A DNA stretch of 64,000 bases, taken from positions 52,328,001-52,392,000 of the forward strand of contig OX597832.1 in the NCBI GenBank assembly GCA_951406725.2. The letters are read 5' to 3'. This stretch comes from Octopus vulgaris (Eukaryota). The notes below the pieces were generated by a model. The model saw nothing but the letters and a program-made list of their open reading frames with translations, had not been told where the DNA came from and did not search any database. How positions within the stretch are numbered: position 1 is the first letter of the stretch; each line of letters starts with the position of its first letter. Both the position numbers and the translations under genes were made by a program. This document shows positions 36,095 to 48,944 of this stretch, one piece after another.

Positions 36095-38771
36095 CTGGTC
36101 TAAAACCAGAGATCACTTAACAACAAAGAAATCCAGTTTTTCTGCGAAGTCAGAACACGATTAACTCTACGCATTCATCTTTCGACGATTTGTTTCCGGT
36201 CCCCTCGGACCGTTATAGAAGGAGCCCTTTTCTTATTCTTCAACAATGATGACGGACGCCATCATATCATCGATGCTTTTTCTCTGCCTTCGTCATCATC
36301 ATCGTCGTCTTAGAACTTCACGTCGTCGTTATCTTCGTCGCCATCACCACTAAGAACAATGTTGTCTCAAGTCCACACCACAGTCGCTTCCACCACCACC
36401 GTCGCCTTTCAACACCGTCGACCTCCACAAGATATACATAGCAACTCGCGGAACTTTAGCTTTCACGCTGTTCGTGCATAGCGCGCCAAGAATTAACAGC
36501 CCAGCACTATCTACGAGATTCTTCTGTTCCAGTTAACCTGTCACAGCATTGAAGCCACAACCGTTACACGATATGTGTCCAATCGGCATCTGCATTTGTG
36601 ATCTCAACATTCTGTTACAGAACGAACTACTATTGTGCATCAGGCTATTACAGACTGGTAAATTAACTCCATTGTCTGAAATAGCACTGAGAGACATTTT
36701 TCCTATGCGCTGTATTATTATTATGCTCGCATTTCACCTTGTATGTATTTTTGTCGCACACACGTACACACACATAAATGCTATCTCTCTCACATACATA
36801 CGTCACACATGCTTTTCTCGCTTGTTTTTTTTTCCATGCTAAATTTGCCTTTTGTGGACACACCTCATTTCTATAGACCCTAGGGGTCACGTATACATAG
36901 AGAGGGTTGTTTGTCCATTATAACGCGCCAGCATGCCATACTTTTGTTCCTGTACGAACGAGGCATATAATCGCTCAACCACTGGCATATTCATTGCTGT
37001 TTTTCGGTCTGGCAAGCACTATTGCATTTCATGCGCCTTTGCTTCGCACGTGTACTTGCCTTGTTTTTGCAACACGTTTGCGTTGGCTTAGTTCTTTTCC
37101 CGACTCATAGGACGTCGGATGTTCACATGCGCTGCGCCTATGTATGGGCGTAATTATTTTTCCCTGTTAGACTCCTGTTGGTCACGTAATTAACAGAGAA
37201 AATTATCTGTGTCGCGCATCACACCAGCATGCTTGCACTTTTGCTTTTGTGTTACTAGCGATCTATCTGTCGATTCCATTTCCTCTCCTGCAGCAATTGA
37301 CTTAACTGCTATTTCGCAGGATCAACTACCTTTAGAGAAGTTGGATTTAATTTCGCCTAGGTTCATTAACTGTGAGTTTGCTTTCCTCCCGCTCCCTACA
37401 GCGGAAGGCTCTATACTTTGTGACGTATCCACTTTCATGCATGCACTTTTGAATTTTGCTCATTTTGAGTATATTTTCCTTTTGGTGAATTTCTTATGTA
37501 TGATGTAAAATTTTGCCATTTTATTATATTGTGTGCTATTTGGTTATCTGGTATCCACCTTGAGTTTTATAGTCACTACAGGGAATTTTGTGTCGTGTTT
37601 ACGCACTGGGGTAGAGCTCTGTAGTGATCCTATACAACGGCGCGCGCTCGCACACCGTCCATTTGTATTTCGCGCGTGCGGGGTTGGTGCTTTCACCACC
37701 GGAAGAAGAACCCTTTTGCCTACGTAGCAGTTAGCCGAGGCAAGGGGATCGTAAGACGTTGACCACCAGCGTCCAGCAAGCTGCGACTTGAGACAGCAGC
37801 GACTGAAAGCGACGGTCACGTATATTTTTTCTCCGTCCGAACTTGATTCTAGCAGCACCTTACCAAAAGGCCTTTAACCAAATTGTTGCAGACCACATCT
37901 TCTCCCTGTTCCGGACGCCATCTTTGACCAGTGTCGTTTTGCATTTGAACACTTTCTTATTTTACAGCAATAAGGTTCAGCACTGACACATTTATACCAA
38001 AGGGATACCAGATAACCACTTATTGTTACTGTTACCACATTAGAGAATAAAGTAGTATATATATCTTTTACGTCTGCGTCTTGTTGTTTCTGACTGGTAG
38101 AATTCTGGATTATTAAAGCAACGGAAAGTGATTGTTTCTCGCTCCCCCAAAAGGTCCAGAGAAGATATACACACACAGGTTCGTTACAAAAGTAAACTCA
38201 TAAACACAAATATCTGCTTTGATCAAGACACAGATCATACCCAATACAGACAAACAGATACGTACTTTTGATTTAACGAACTCGATTCACGATAACACTA
38301 ACAAAAGACACGGAGCGATACAAACAAAAGATTAAGAAAAATTATCGGTGTATTGCATTAATACTTCCGTTTAAATGATAAAACTACGATAATAGTTATC
38401 GATTAGCTTTTGTTTTAGTAATAAGCTATTTTATAGCTTATATAAACGCTCAAGATAAAAAGCGGGAAAATAGCGTTTAGAAGGTACCGTTTTAAAAGTA
38501 ATAATCCTTTCTATTATCGGAACGATGTCTGAAATTTGAGGGGAAGGCCTGATATTGTTTTTTTTTTTTCTTTTTTTTGTAGGGGTGGAAAGACAACGTC
38601 GACCTCGGCTTGAACTTTGAACAACAAAACGAACGAAATGCCGCTATTCATGTTTCCCCGGTGTGCTAACGATTCTGTCACCTCACCAATAATAATTAAC
38701 AATAGTACAAAAAAAAACAAATGTCGGGTTACTCCTCATACAGATAATACCTGCATTATACCCGGGAGCAA

Positions 38772-39003
38772 AGGCGGCCAGCTGGCAGAATCGTTAGCAC
38801 GCCGGACGAAATGCTTTGCGGTATTTCGTGCGCCGCTGCGTTCTGAGTTCAAATTCCGCCGAGGTCGACTTTGCCTTTCATCCTTTCGGGGTCGATAAAT
38901 TAAGTACCAGTTACGCACTGGGGTCGATGTAATCGACTTGATCCCTTTGTCTGTCCTTGTTTGTCCCCTCTGTGTTTAGCCCCTTGTGGGCAATAAAGAA
39001 ATA
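38772..39003 (+). mobile_element. tRNA-derived SINE, family B (other copies ~10960-11100 -, 14203-14432 +, 39005-39170 +, 45348-45480 +, 45483-45708 -, 46270-46480 +, 47220-47600 +, 61160-61279 -)
   Basis: GGCGG..AGCTGGCAGAATCG (A box)...GAGTTCAAATTCC (B box), body GACTTTGCCTTTCATCCTTTCGGGGTCGATAAA. Confidence 0.85.
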
Positions 39004-39201
39004 AGAATCGTCAGCGTTCCATGTAAAATACTTGGCGACATTTCGTCCATCTTTACAATCTGAGTTCAAATTCCACTGAGGTCGACTTTACTTTTATCCT
39101 TCGAGGTCGATAAAATAAGTGCTAGTTGAGCACTGGGATCGATGTAATCGACTTACGCCACCCACGAAATTGCTGGATGTATTAAATTGATGTTTGTATT
39201 A

Positions 39202-39594
39202 TTAGTTATCCAAATTCTGGAAGAAGTGGTATTCATTGAGATCATGTGGAACTCTCTTGTCCAACTTTTTCACTTTACCGATTTGAACTAGGTGAGTCAA
39301 TATTGTTTGCTTGCTAACACCAAACAACAACAGTAATTCACGGGCACTTTGAGATGGATGTGACTCGACAGTGGCTTCCAGTTCGTCATTATTCACCTTT
39401 GTTTCTGGTTGACTGTGCTGCTCATTTGTGAGGTCAACGTTACCAGAACGAAATTTTGCAAACCAATTTGATACTGTCTGCTGTGTAATAACATTAGAAT
39501 GAAATACTCCATTAAAATTCCGAGCTATCTGTGATGCTGTATTTCCAAGAAAGAACTCATATTTCAAAACTGTACGAATTTCCAGCTTATCCAT
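39202..39594 (-). pseudogene. Mariner transposase N-terminal fragment (HTH region)
   Basis: MDKLEIRTVLKYEF...WFAKFRSGNVDL...VKKLDKRVPHDL (degenerate WVPHEL); catalytic domain missing. Confidence 0.85.
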
Positions 39595-40879
39595 CTCTAA
39601 ATAAAAACAGCAAAAAACGATTTATAAGTACTTTATAAAGCACAAGATGAGTCAGAATAAAGACATAGATGTGTCAGCTTTCTAACGAAAAATAAGATTG
39701 TCAAAATATAATTAACGAGCCAATGGACGGTACTGAGTTGTCAAACATTTAAACCAAATTTTCTCAAAACAATTTGTCCGATCGTCCCATGGGTCTCCCC
39801 TTTGAGAAATACTGATTTAACCTAAATTTGAGACACCAGCAAAAGAAGAAATAAAGATAAACTTTTTTCTGTTCCAAAGAAAAACGATTTTATTCACACA
39901 AATATGCAACCGAAGAGTTTAAAGTACCAGTAATGATAAGGCTGTTGACTGGGAGAACACAAACATGGTTTAAATAGTAAGCTTGGCAGGAAAGAAACGT
40001 GCCTTTAAGCAGTACAAAAACAACAAAAAATGGAAGGGGCAGTTATGTACTGGTTGACGGGTGAAAAGCAGGACAAAGACGGCTTTATCGATCGCATTCT
40101 CACCTGGAATCGATTTTTGTAATTTTTTCAAGACTTGTACACGCCCTGATACCGTCGGTATCTACATAGCAAATTTGAGCGCAATTGGATGGAGGATGCC
40201 CGAGATCCTAGAAGACACACACACACACACAGACAGAATGGATTTTATATAATAGATGGCGCAAAATGAGCAGCTGTCAGAGTTTACCATATACCTTACT
40301 ACAAATTTCATACGTGACGACCAAATAAATAATGTACTCCAGGTACACTATGCCCAAAAACAAACAAAAACAAAAAACAGGATAGTCGTGGCTGAAATGT
40401 TCAAAGCGATCACTCCTACTCGATAAACACTGAAACAGCGAACGGCTTGCAAATCTGGCAACCACTTCTAATCTATGTTTTAAATAAGATTATTTAAAGT
40501 TTATCTGATTTATAATCTGGATTAATTAGGTTTATCATAAATATTGTAGTGCTGTGATGTCACTGCTATAATAACGAAAAGAGCTGCCCTGTACGGCAAT
40601 TGTTGTGTCTGGACCTTGTTTAACTGTTACTGTTTTGGGGACCATGTACTGAATGAAGTAAGTAAATATTTTCCCTTCAAACAATTATTGTACCTGTTGT
40701 GCCAAAAAATCATTGACAAGGATTTTTCTCCAAGCACGTGTGTGTGTGTGCGCGCGCTAGTACGTCGTGCATGCGTGCGTGTGTATGTGTGTATATATGT
40801 AGTTTTTTCTTTACTAGTTTCAGCTCGAGAACTGCGGCCATGCTGGGGCACCGCGGTCAGCTTTGCTATACTATCGCTA

Positions 40880-41245
40880 CTTGAAACCTCCTCTGACATG
40901 TGGCATTCGGTGAATGAGGGAGTTTGATGTTGTTACCCTCATCTGCGTTTTTAACCTCGAGGTAGGTTCATCCGGAAATCTTAACAGGAGGAGATCCAGT
41001 TTTGTTTTGAAAACACCTACATCCACCTCATGTAGGTCTCTCAGGTTTTTGAGAGGATATTGAAGACCTATGGGCCTTTGACACCCAAGCTGTTGCAATA
41101 TCTGGCCCTGTATCCTGATGGTAACATTGGGATTTTTGGTACTATGCAGTGTGTTCCATTCTGCTGTTTGTGTTAACTTTCAATGCCAAAGTTTGGTACA
41201 AGTTCTTCAAGGATTTTCCAGATGTTTATCACTGCATATCTTTCC
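40880..41245 (-). mobile_element. Degenerate CR1/L2-like LINE 3' fragment
   Basis: Minus-strand ...LRDLHEVDVGVFKTKLDLLLLRFPDEP... resembles CR1/L2 ORF2 ends. Confidence 0.55.
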
Positions 41246-43540
41246 CCGCTTCATTCTATGGAATTGGTCTCTTTTGCCGAACCACTAAGTTACAAGGAAG
41301 TATACATACCAACATCGGTTGTCAAGCGATGGTGAGGGTACAAGCACAGCCACACTAACACACACACACACATACATATATATTTACGACGGGCTTCTTT
41401 CACTTTCTGTCTACCAAATCCACTCACAAGGCTTTTGTCGGGCCGAGACTATAGTAGAAGGCACTTGCCCAAGGTGTCACGCAGTGGGACTGAACCCGGG
41501 ACTACACAGCCACGCCTGCATACTATAATTTAATAATGCGTGTATAAAACATATAATATAATGCAAAAACATCCTGCAGGCTGCGATAGTCGATAACATA
41601 GAAATAAAATTTAAAATTTATTCTTTCTGTGACCCGGTATCAAAATGATCCACCACCTGATCCTTGATACTGATCCCTAATCCTGGCCTGTGGTCTAGGA
41701 CTCCTGCTTTAGGTGTGGACATACCTGGAGATGTTAGTTCTCCTCTGCTTTCCAATCTGCTCAGTGGAATAAACTTGGTCGTAGTGTGACTGTTGTTTAC
41801 TTAGTGTGAGGTCTGGTGCTTAAGGCTAATGAGGTTATGGCTTTTGCTCTCATCTTTATTTATGTATGTTTTTATTCAAGTTAGAAACCTCAGGTTCTTA
41901 GGATTGTGTTGCTGTTTAACTCCATGTCTGCCCTGATCGAGCAGACCTATGACAGATTATCCTGTGAGGATTAGAGACTACAGTTCAAACAGCAAAAGCA
42001 AGTAGTCGACTTTAATTTGAGGAAATAGAATGGCAGGCAGTTTGTACTGTAATCAGTAACGTAATTCTCCAGCCAGCAGTAAATACATGATTCAAGTCCA
42101 CTAACAGGTCTGTTGCTTTTGTCTGTTATATATTAGTGCTTATGTGGAGGCGCAATGGCCCAGTGGTTAGGGCAGCGGACTCGCGGTTTCGATTCCCAGA
42201 CCGGGCGTTGTGAGTGTTTATTGAGCGAAAACACCTAAAGTTCCACGAGGCTCCGGCAGGGGATGGTGGTGATCCCTGCTGTACTCTTTCACCACAACTT
42301 TCTCTCACTCTTACTTCCTTTTTCTGTTGTACCTGTATTTCAAAGGGCCGGCCTTTTCACTCTCTATGTCACGCTGAATATCCCCGAGAACTACGTTAAG
42401 GGTACACGTGTCTGTGGAGTGCTCAGCCACTTACACGTTAATTTCACGAGCAGGCTGTTCCGTTGATTCGGATCAACCGGAACCCTCGTCGTCGTAACCG
42501 ACAGAGTGCTTCCATCCATTAGTGCTTATACATGTCAGGTATCTTTTTTTGTTAAAATTGTTAATTCGTAATTGTATCTGTATTATATGGAAGATTCAGT
42601 GGTTTAGAATGCAGACCTACATCTGAAAAAATGAAAGAGAAGACGGTTTTGTTGGGTGAAAGTACTCTTTTTTTAACTTTAAGTCTTCCTGCTCTACTCT
42701 GCATATTGGGAAGGAAGTTTACCCTACCGGGTTCGGTTCGGTTGGTGACTACTCTTGCACATCCATTCCACGTATTGTTGATTGTCTTCTGATCATCTTG
42801 AAATGTCTGCCACTTCCAATTGGTCTTCAGCCTGCTCCTTTCACACCTGCCGGTCAGGTGGTACCCAGGTTATGGATTGTTTTCCAGTACCGTTGATAGG
42901 CTAGACGGAAAACGTAGCCGACCAGACAGTCTTACAGTGGTCAACACCGCTCTTTTCGGATTCTTCTCATTTATGACACGGTCCCGTCAGGATCTTTTTG
43001 CGGCACATTTGATGAAATACAGGTGTTTCGTAGAAAACATTAAATGTACGCTGTGTGGACGTGTACCCCCACCAGTGCTTGACAATCAATGTTGGTGTGT
43101 TTACATTCCCAGAAAGAACACAATGTCATTAAGAAACGTTATCTAATCAGACTCAGAAAGGTCATTAGCTAAAGAATATTAATTCAGTATATGTATTTTT
43201 AGCACTAATTGATTTTTAAAAAAATAAATTCTATCACGTGTTGGTATTTGCTATAATTAATTCCCTTATATATTTTGTTGTTTTCATGAATAATGGACTT
43301 TTAAAATATTATTCCTATCTTTTCAGATTTTGAATTGATGGTAAAAACAAGAGACAAAACCCACCTTCAGTGCCTTCAAAAAGGAATCTTTCAAAAGTTC
43401 TGAACTAAATCTCTTACCAAATATAGAGAAACAGAACCTTGGACGTAGATAAATACAAAGTTTTCATTATGAACTTTTGATTTAATTTTTTTTAAAATAA
43501 ATTCTATGCAATAAGATCTGGTGATTGGGTGTCTGAAAAA

Positions 43541-45055
43541 ATGGTTTTAATTAGGATAATTTTATTATTCTTGACATTTGGAAATGTATGCATTGCTGTA
43601 TATTGTCCTGAAAACTGTAATTGTTTCAAGAACTTTGGGCTTTTAGATTGTTCAAATACATTTAAAACTATTATACCAGATAATATTGATTCACCTAAAT
43701 TTATTACAGAGTTAGTCCTAAGAGGCAATCAAATCAAACAACTAAACGTTGATCTGCATCAATATAGCAGTTTAACATATTTCGACATTTCCTCTAATGG
43801 TCTGATCAATATTGAAGATAATTCTTTTGAGCACATGGGGAAACTGCACACATTGATCATGAGAAATAACCTTTTATCGAATCTAAACAACAAAACACTT
43901 TATGGTTTAAAGAACTTGGTGTCTTTAGACCTAAGTCAAAATCATTTGACTGTTTTACTCGACAATACTTTCCAGTATTTTCCCAAACTACTTGAATTGA
44001 ATCTAACTGGAAATTTTATTCATAGTATAAGTGGCAATGCCTTCAGTGGTCTCTATGCATTGGATAGTTTGCATCTGACATCTAACAGATTGATGGCTAT
44101 TCCTGTTGTGGCTTTCAAAAACGTTAAACATTTACGGTTTCTTAACTTAGAAGGCAATAACATACATCACTTACTCAATTATAGCTTTGGTAACAATTCA
44201 ATGCTTGCAGATATTAATATTGCAAATAATGATTTGAAAATAATTGAAGACAAAGCATTCAGCGGGTTAGAGAACTCTTTAGAATCCTTAGACTTGCATC
44301 AAAACTATTTACCTGTTGTACCTACACAAGCATTTCTTCAACTTGAACAACTTTCAAAACTTGACCTCGGTGCAAATAGGATAAGTGTTATTGCATCGAA
44401 TTCGTTTTACAATTTATCTCATCTTGAAGTTTTATATCTAAACGATCTTAATGACTTAACAAAAATCAATGGTCTAGCTTTCAATCTTACCCATTTAAGA
44501 GTGCTCCACATTGCTTTCAACCCACTTTTAAGATACATACACCCAAAAGCACTCTATAATTTACCTGCTTTGAAAGTTGTTTATTTAAATAATAATGGAA
44601 TACATAAATTTCCAAAACATTTTCTTCCCTGGGAGAATTTGGAAACTCTTGACATGAGTGGAAATTTTATTGATTGTGATTGTGATGCACAATGGCTGCT
44701 AGATGTTTTTAATGAAATTAGTAATAATAAAAAGAATTTCATACAAAAATCATTACGCTGTCGTTCACCCAAACAACTTCTGGACCTACCGGTTTCGACA
44801 TTAAAGCCTTCTGATTTTCATTGTCATAAATTAGCATATGGCTATGATGCTAAACACCATAATAAAACATTAGTTGTTGTCATTCTTAGTGTATGCTCTA
44901 CTGTGGCAACAATTCTAATTTTATTCAGTCTCTGGCATTTTAGAGTGAAAATATTTCCCATTGCAGAATGGCAGTCTAACTATACGAGACAAAAGAACAT
45001 TCTCACAGATCCTCAGAATGAGGAAGACAGCCTTTCTGCTGATACTGTAGCATAA
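43541..45055 (+). CDS. Leucine-rich-repeat single-pass membrane protein (LRRNT, ~12 LRRs, LRRCT, TM; Tartan/Capricious- or LRRN-like), single coding exon, 504 aa
   Basis: Signal peptide MVLIRIILLFLTFGNVCIA, LRRNT CPENCNC...LDCS, LxxLxLxxN repeats, LRRCT NFIDCDC...LRCRSP...FHC, TM LVVVILSVCSTVATILILFSLW, short tail. Acceptor TTTCAG at ~43326 suggests a 5'-UTR intron. Confidence 0.92.
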   Translation: MVLIRIILLFLTFGNVCIAVYCPENCNCFKNFGLLDCSNTFKTIIPDNIDSPKFITELVLRGNQIKQLNVDLHQYSSLTYFDISSNGLINIEDNSFEHMGKLHTLIMRNNLLSNLNNKTLYGLKNLVSLDLSQNHLTVLLDNTFQYFPKLLELNLTGNFIHSISGNAFSGLYALDSLHLTSNRLMAIPVVAFKNVKHLRFLNLEGNNIHHLLNYSFGNNSMLADINIANNDLKIIEDKAFSGLENSLESLDLHQNYLPVVPTQAFLQLEQLSKLDLGANRISVIASNSFYNLSHLEVLYLNDLNDLTKINGLAFNLTHLRVLHIAFNPLLRYIHPKALYNLPALKVVYLNNNGIHKFPKHFLPWENLETLDMSGNFIDCDCDAQWLLDVFNEISNNKKNFIQKSLRCRSPKQLLDLPVSTLKPSDFHCHKLAYGYDAKHHNKTLVVVILSVCSTVATILILFSLWHFRVKIFPIAEWQSNYTRQKNILTDPQNEEDSLSADTVA

Positions 45056-45059
45056 CTTA

Positions 45060-45310
45060 AGAAATATCAGACATTAGTTGGGGAGACGAAGAGATTGTTG
45101 ACGACAAAGGTGACAGTTGTTCTTGTGGTAATTGGTGCACTTGGCACAACACCCAAAATGCTACCTAAGTGGCTGAAGGATACAGGAATTGAGACTTGCA
45201 TTGTCGACCTGTAGGAATCCTAAGAAAGATTCTTGAGATTTGAGAAGACTTGTAGTCGGCAAACTTCCAAGTAACATCCATGTTAATTAAATTAGCATAT
45301 AACTTTTGAA
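45060..45310 (+). mobile_element. R4/Dong-like LINE 3' fragment in the LRR gene 3' UTR (a second fragment on - at ~45800-46115)
   Basis: KVTVVLVVIGALGTTPK motif with (TAA)-like tail. The minus copy reads EIQKIVLMGTAHILRKIL-like. Confidence 0.6.
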
Positions 45311-48300
45311 TAATGATAATTATGACATTATTATAATTATTATGGAAGGTGGTGAACTGGCAGAATCATTAGTGTGCTGGACGAAATGCTTGGAGGTATT
45401 TCGCCCTTCGCTATGTTCTCAGTTCCATCTCCACCAAGGTTGACTTTACCTTTCATCCTTTCAGGGTCGATACAATATGTACCTATTTCTTTACTACCCA
45501 CAAGGGGCTAAACACAGAGGGGACAAACAAGGACAGACAAACGGATTAAGTTGATTATATCAACCCCAATGCGTAACTGGTACTTATTTAATCGACCCCA
45601 AAAGGATAAAAGGCAAAGTCGAACTCGGCGGAATTTGAACTCAGAACGTAGCGGCAGACGAAATACTGCTAAGCATTTTGCCTGGCATGCTAACGATTCT
45701 GCCAGCTCGTAATTGATGTAATTGGCTCATCCCCTCTCCAAAAATTGCTGCCCTTGTGGCAAAATTTGAAACCATTGTTATTATTATTATTTTGTTTGAC
45801 TTTTGCTTTACATTTGTACTAGCTGGCTCCAAGTCTCACCCAGAGACCTCAAGAGACAACAACTTGGAAGTTCATGCTGGTGTTATGCCTAGGGTGCCAT
45901 ATATTTGGTTTTGTACATAGTGTTGTTCTAGAGAATGTTTAAGAAACCATAAGAAAATTATGTTTGTTTTAAAACTTGAGATTACATAGAAAGTATTTTG
46001 AGTAGGATATGAGCAGTTCCCATGAGCACTATCTTTTGAATTTCTGCCATTTTGGGGTTTCCTGGTATCTGAGCTAGGTAGCAATCAGCCCCTTTTGCTA
46101 TCATTCCCAGGGCACTTATTATTATTATTTTATTGTTTTTATTATATATTTATAAAGTAAGATTTTATTTGTAGTAAATATTTAGAAACTATAACTTTAT
46201 TTCCTCACTTCTCCTTCTGATAATAGCATTTCTGTTCATCATTATTTAATGTACATTTTTTTTTTGCCAAGGCGGTGAGCTGGCAGTCATCAACATGCTA
46301 AAATGGTTTGGTAGCATTTCGTCTGTCTTTACATTCTGAGTTCAAATTCTGCCATGGTCAGTTTTGCCTTTCATCTTTTCAGGTTCGATAAATTAAGTAC
46401 CAGTCAAGTACTGGGGTTGATGTGATCGACTATCTTCATCCCTACAAATTCCAGGCCTTGTGCCTGTAGTAGAAAAGATTATTTAATATACATTCTAAAA
46501 CGCTAGCATTGAGTAGACATATGTAAAGTACTTGTAGCGCTTAGACGTTTGCCACACATGAAAAGGGAGATAACTGGCCAAATTTGTTTTTTTGTTTTTG
46601 TTATTTTTGCTCCTGGATAATTTTCCTCTCACCAAAGACTTTACTGTATGGACTGGAAGCTCTTAGTCATGCCATTGGTACAAGAGAGATCGTTGTAGAA
46701 ACACTACAAGTTCTCACAATTGTATTTTATTATTTTTTGGAGTCACTACCTTCCCAGATGGTTGCCTGCATCTCCATTTGTTCAATCACCTTTTGACTAA
46801 ACAATTTGTATTCAATTGTAAAAAGTAATAAATGATCAAATTTATTTTAAAAATCATACTTTTCTTTTTCTATCCATTAAATGTTTTTCTTAATGTTTAG
46901 TAATGTTTATCACTGTATTAACAGAGAAATTGTGGGACTATGTGGTAAAAAGCTTGCTTCCCAATCACATGGTTCCGAGTTCAGTCCCACTGTGTGACAC
47001 CTTGGGCAAGTGTCTTCTACAATTGTCTTGGGTCAACCAAAGCCTTCTGAGTGGATTTGGTAGACGGAAACTGAAAGAAGCTCTTCATATATGTATATAT
47101 CTAGGTGTCCATGTTTGTCCACCCCCTCCATCACAACTTGACCACCAATGTTAATGTGTTTACATCACTGTAACTTGGTGGCTTGGCTAAAGAAACTGAT
47201 AGAATAAGTTCTAGGTATAAGGCAGTGAGCTGGCAGAAACATTAGCATGCCGGGCGAAATGCTTAGCGGTATTTCGTCTGCCGCTATTCTGAGTTCAACT
47301 TTGCCTTTCATCCTTTCAAGGTCGATTAAATAAGTACCAGTTACGCACTGGGGTCGATATTATCGACTTAATCTGTTTGTCTGTCCTCTCTGTGACTAGC
47401 CCCTTGTGGATAGTAAAGAAATAGGTATTTCGTCTGCTGCTACGTTCTGAGTTCAAATTCCGCCAAGGTCAACTTTGCCTTTCATCTTTTCGGGGTCGAT
47501 AAATTAAGTATCAGTAACGCACTGGGGTCGATATAATCGACTTAATCCGTTTGTCTGTCCCCCTCTGTATGTAGCCTCTTGTGGGCAGTAAATAAGTAAG
47601 AATAAACTGAATGCTAAAGGGTCATATTTAGTGCTGATGCATGTATGTAATGCGTCTGAAGGACAGGTGTTTAATCCTTTGATACCAACCCATCCGATAC
47701 TGTCCCTATTTCTCTAATACTGACTTCCTGTTTTATGTGATCTAAATCAAAACCATACAACCACTAGCTTAATAATAAGGTTTTACTAAATTCATTATTT
47801 TCAAAATTTATTGAAAACAAAGGTGGTGTAGTTTGGCAGAAATATGGTGATGAAAGGGTTAAAAGAAAGTGAATGGAATCTGTGAAGAGAGGAAAGTGAA
47901 GGAAGACTTGGAACAACATTATGAAGACTGATCTGAAGATGCCACATGTCATGAATGAAATGATAAGGAAGGACTGCGTTGATTGTTGACATGTAGAGTA
48001 GCATACAATTATTATGGTTCCGGGTTCAGTCCCACTGCGTGGCACCTTGGGCAAGTGTCTTCTACTATAGCCTCAGGCTGACCAAAGCCTTGTGAGTGGA
48101 TTTGGTAGGCGGAAACTAAAAGAAGCCCATCGTATATATATGTATGTGTGTGTATATGTTTGTGTGTCTGTGTTTGTCTCCCTAGCATTGCTTGACAACC
48201 GATGCTGGTGTGTTTATGTCCCCGTCACTTAGCGGTTCGGCAAAAGAGACCGATAGAATAAGTACTGAGCTTACAAAGAATAAGTCCTGGGATCGAGTTG

Positions 48301-48944
48301 CTCGATTAAAGGCGGTGCTCCAGCATGGCTGCAGTCAAATGATTGAAACAAGTAAAAGAGAGTAAAGAGTACTCCTGTGTATCATCATCATTTAACGTCC
48401 GTTGTCTATGCTGGCATGGATTGGACAGTTTGGCCAGGCTGGCATGCTGCACTAGACTCCAGTCTGATTTGGTATGATTTCCTACAGCTGGATGCCCTCC
48501 CTAACACCAACTACTCAGAGAGTGTAATGAATGCTTTTACATGCCACAGGCATCTGCTGTGATTGCAATTTTGCTCGGCTTGATGGGTCTTCTTAAGCAC
48601 AACAGGTGTAAGCCTAGTAAAGAGAATATTAAAAATTGAACTATTGAGGACGGCTGAGATATTGTCACCACACTCTTCTGTATTCCCAGCCATGCCTACA
48701 ACACCCTTCTGCTTCTCTTTTATTCACTGATTCTTTCCCAATTCTTTCTTAGCCTCCTTGTAACCTTCTCTATCACAAACCACTAACCACCATCTCAGTC
48801 CATCTGCACATTCTCCCATACAACATTGGATAGCAACAGATTCCTGCCTATTCTCTGTTCCCCACTAATCATGGAAGGAAGATATTTGATTGCAGAACCC
48901 ATCATTCCCTTCAATGGGATGAACCATAAAGTCGTCGATGCTTT

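Larger units (their letters stand above)
34902..38188 (+). mobile_element. Complete non-autonomous LTR retrotransposon (Gypsy-type signals; ~570-bp LTRs, ~1.55-kb non-coding interior)
   Basis: 5' LTR 34902-36073 (interrupted) and 3' LTR 37620-38188, both TGT...ACA. TSD AAAG at 34898-34901 and 38189-38192. PBS at 36075; purine-rich GGGGTAGAG just before the 3' LTR. Confidence 0.92.

Noticed and set aside
34902-38188. LTR retrozyme interpretation of the non-coding LTR element
   Set aside because: No CUGANGA...GAAA hammerhead found in the LTRs by eye; kept as TRIM/LARD-like.
38772-38860. tRNA genes at A/B-box motifs
   Set aside because: These are SINE heads followed by family bodies, with no complete cloverleaf.
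40550-40657. Cys-rich frame ending at GAA|GTAAGT as the missing Argos-like exon
   Set aside because: Weak acceptor and cysteine spacing unlike the third Argos module; it could instead be a 5'-UTR exon of the LRR gene, which I cannot support.
43529-43540. GTG start of the LRR ORF in the track
   Set aside because: Eukaryotic gene; ATG 43541 directly begins the signal peptide.
21833-45055. Argos-like gene plus LRR gene as an EGFR-inhibitor cluster (Kekkon-like)
   Set aside because: The LRR protein lacks the Ig domain of Kekkon/LRIG proteins; adjacency alone is not evidence.
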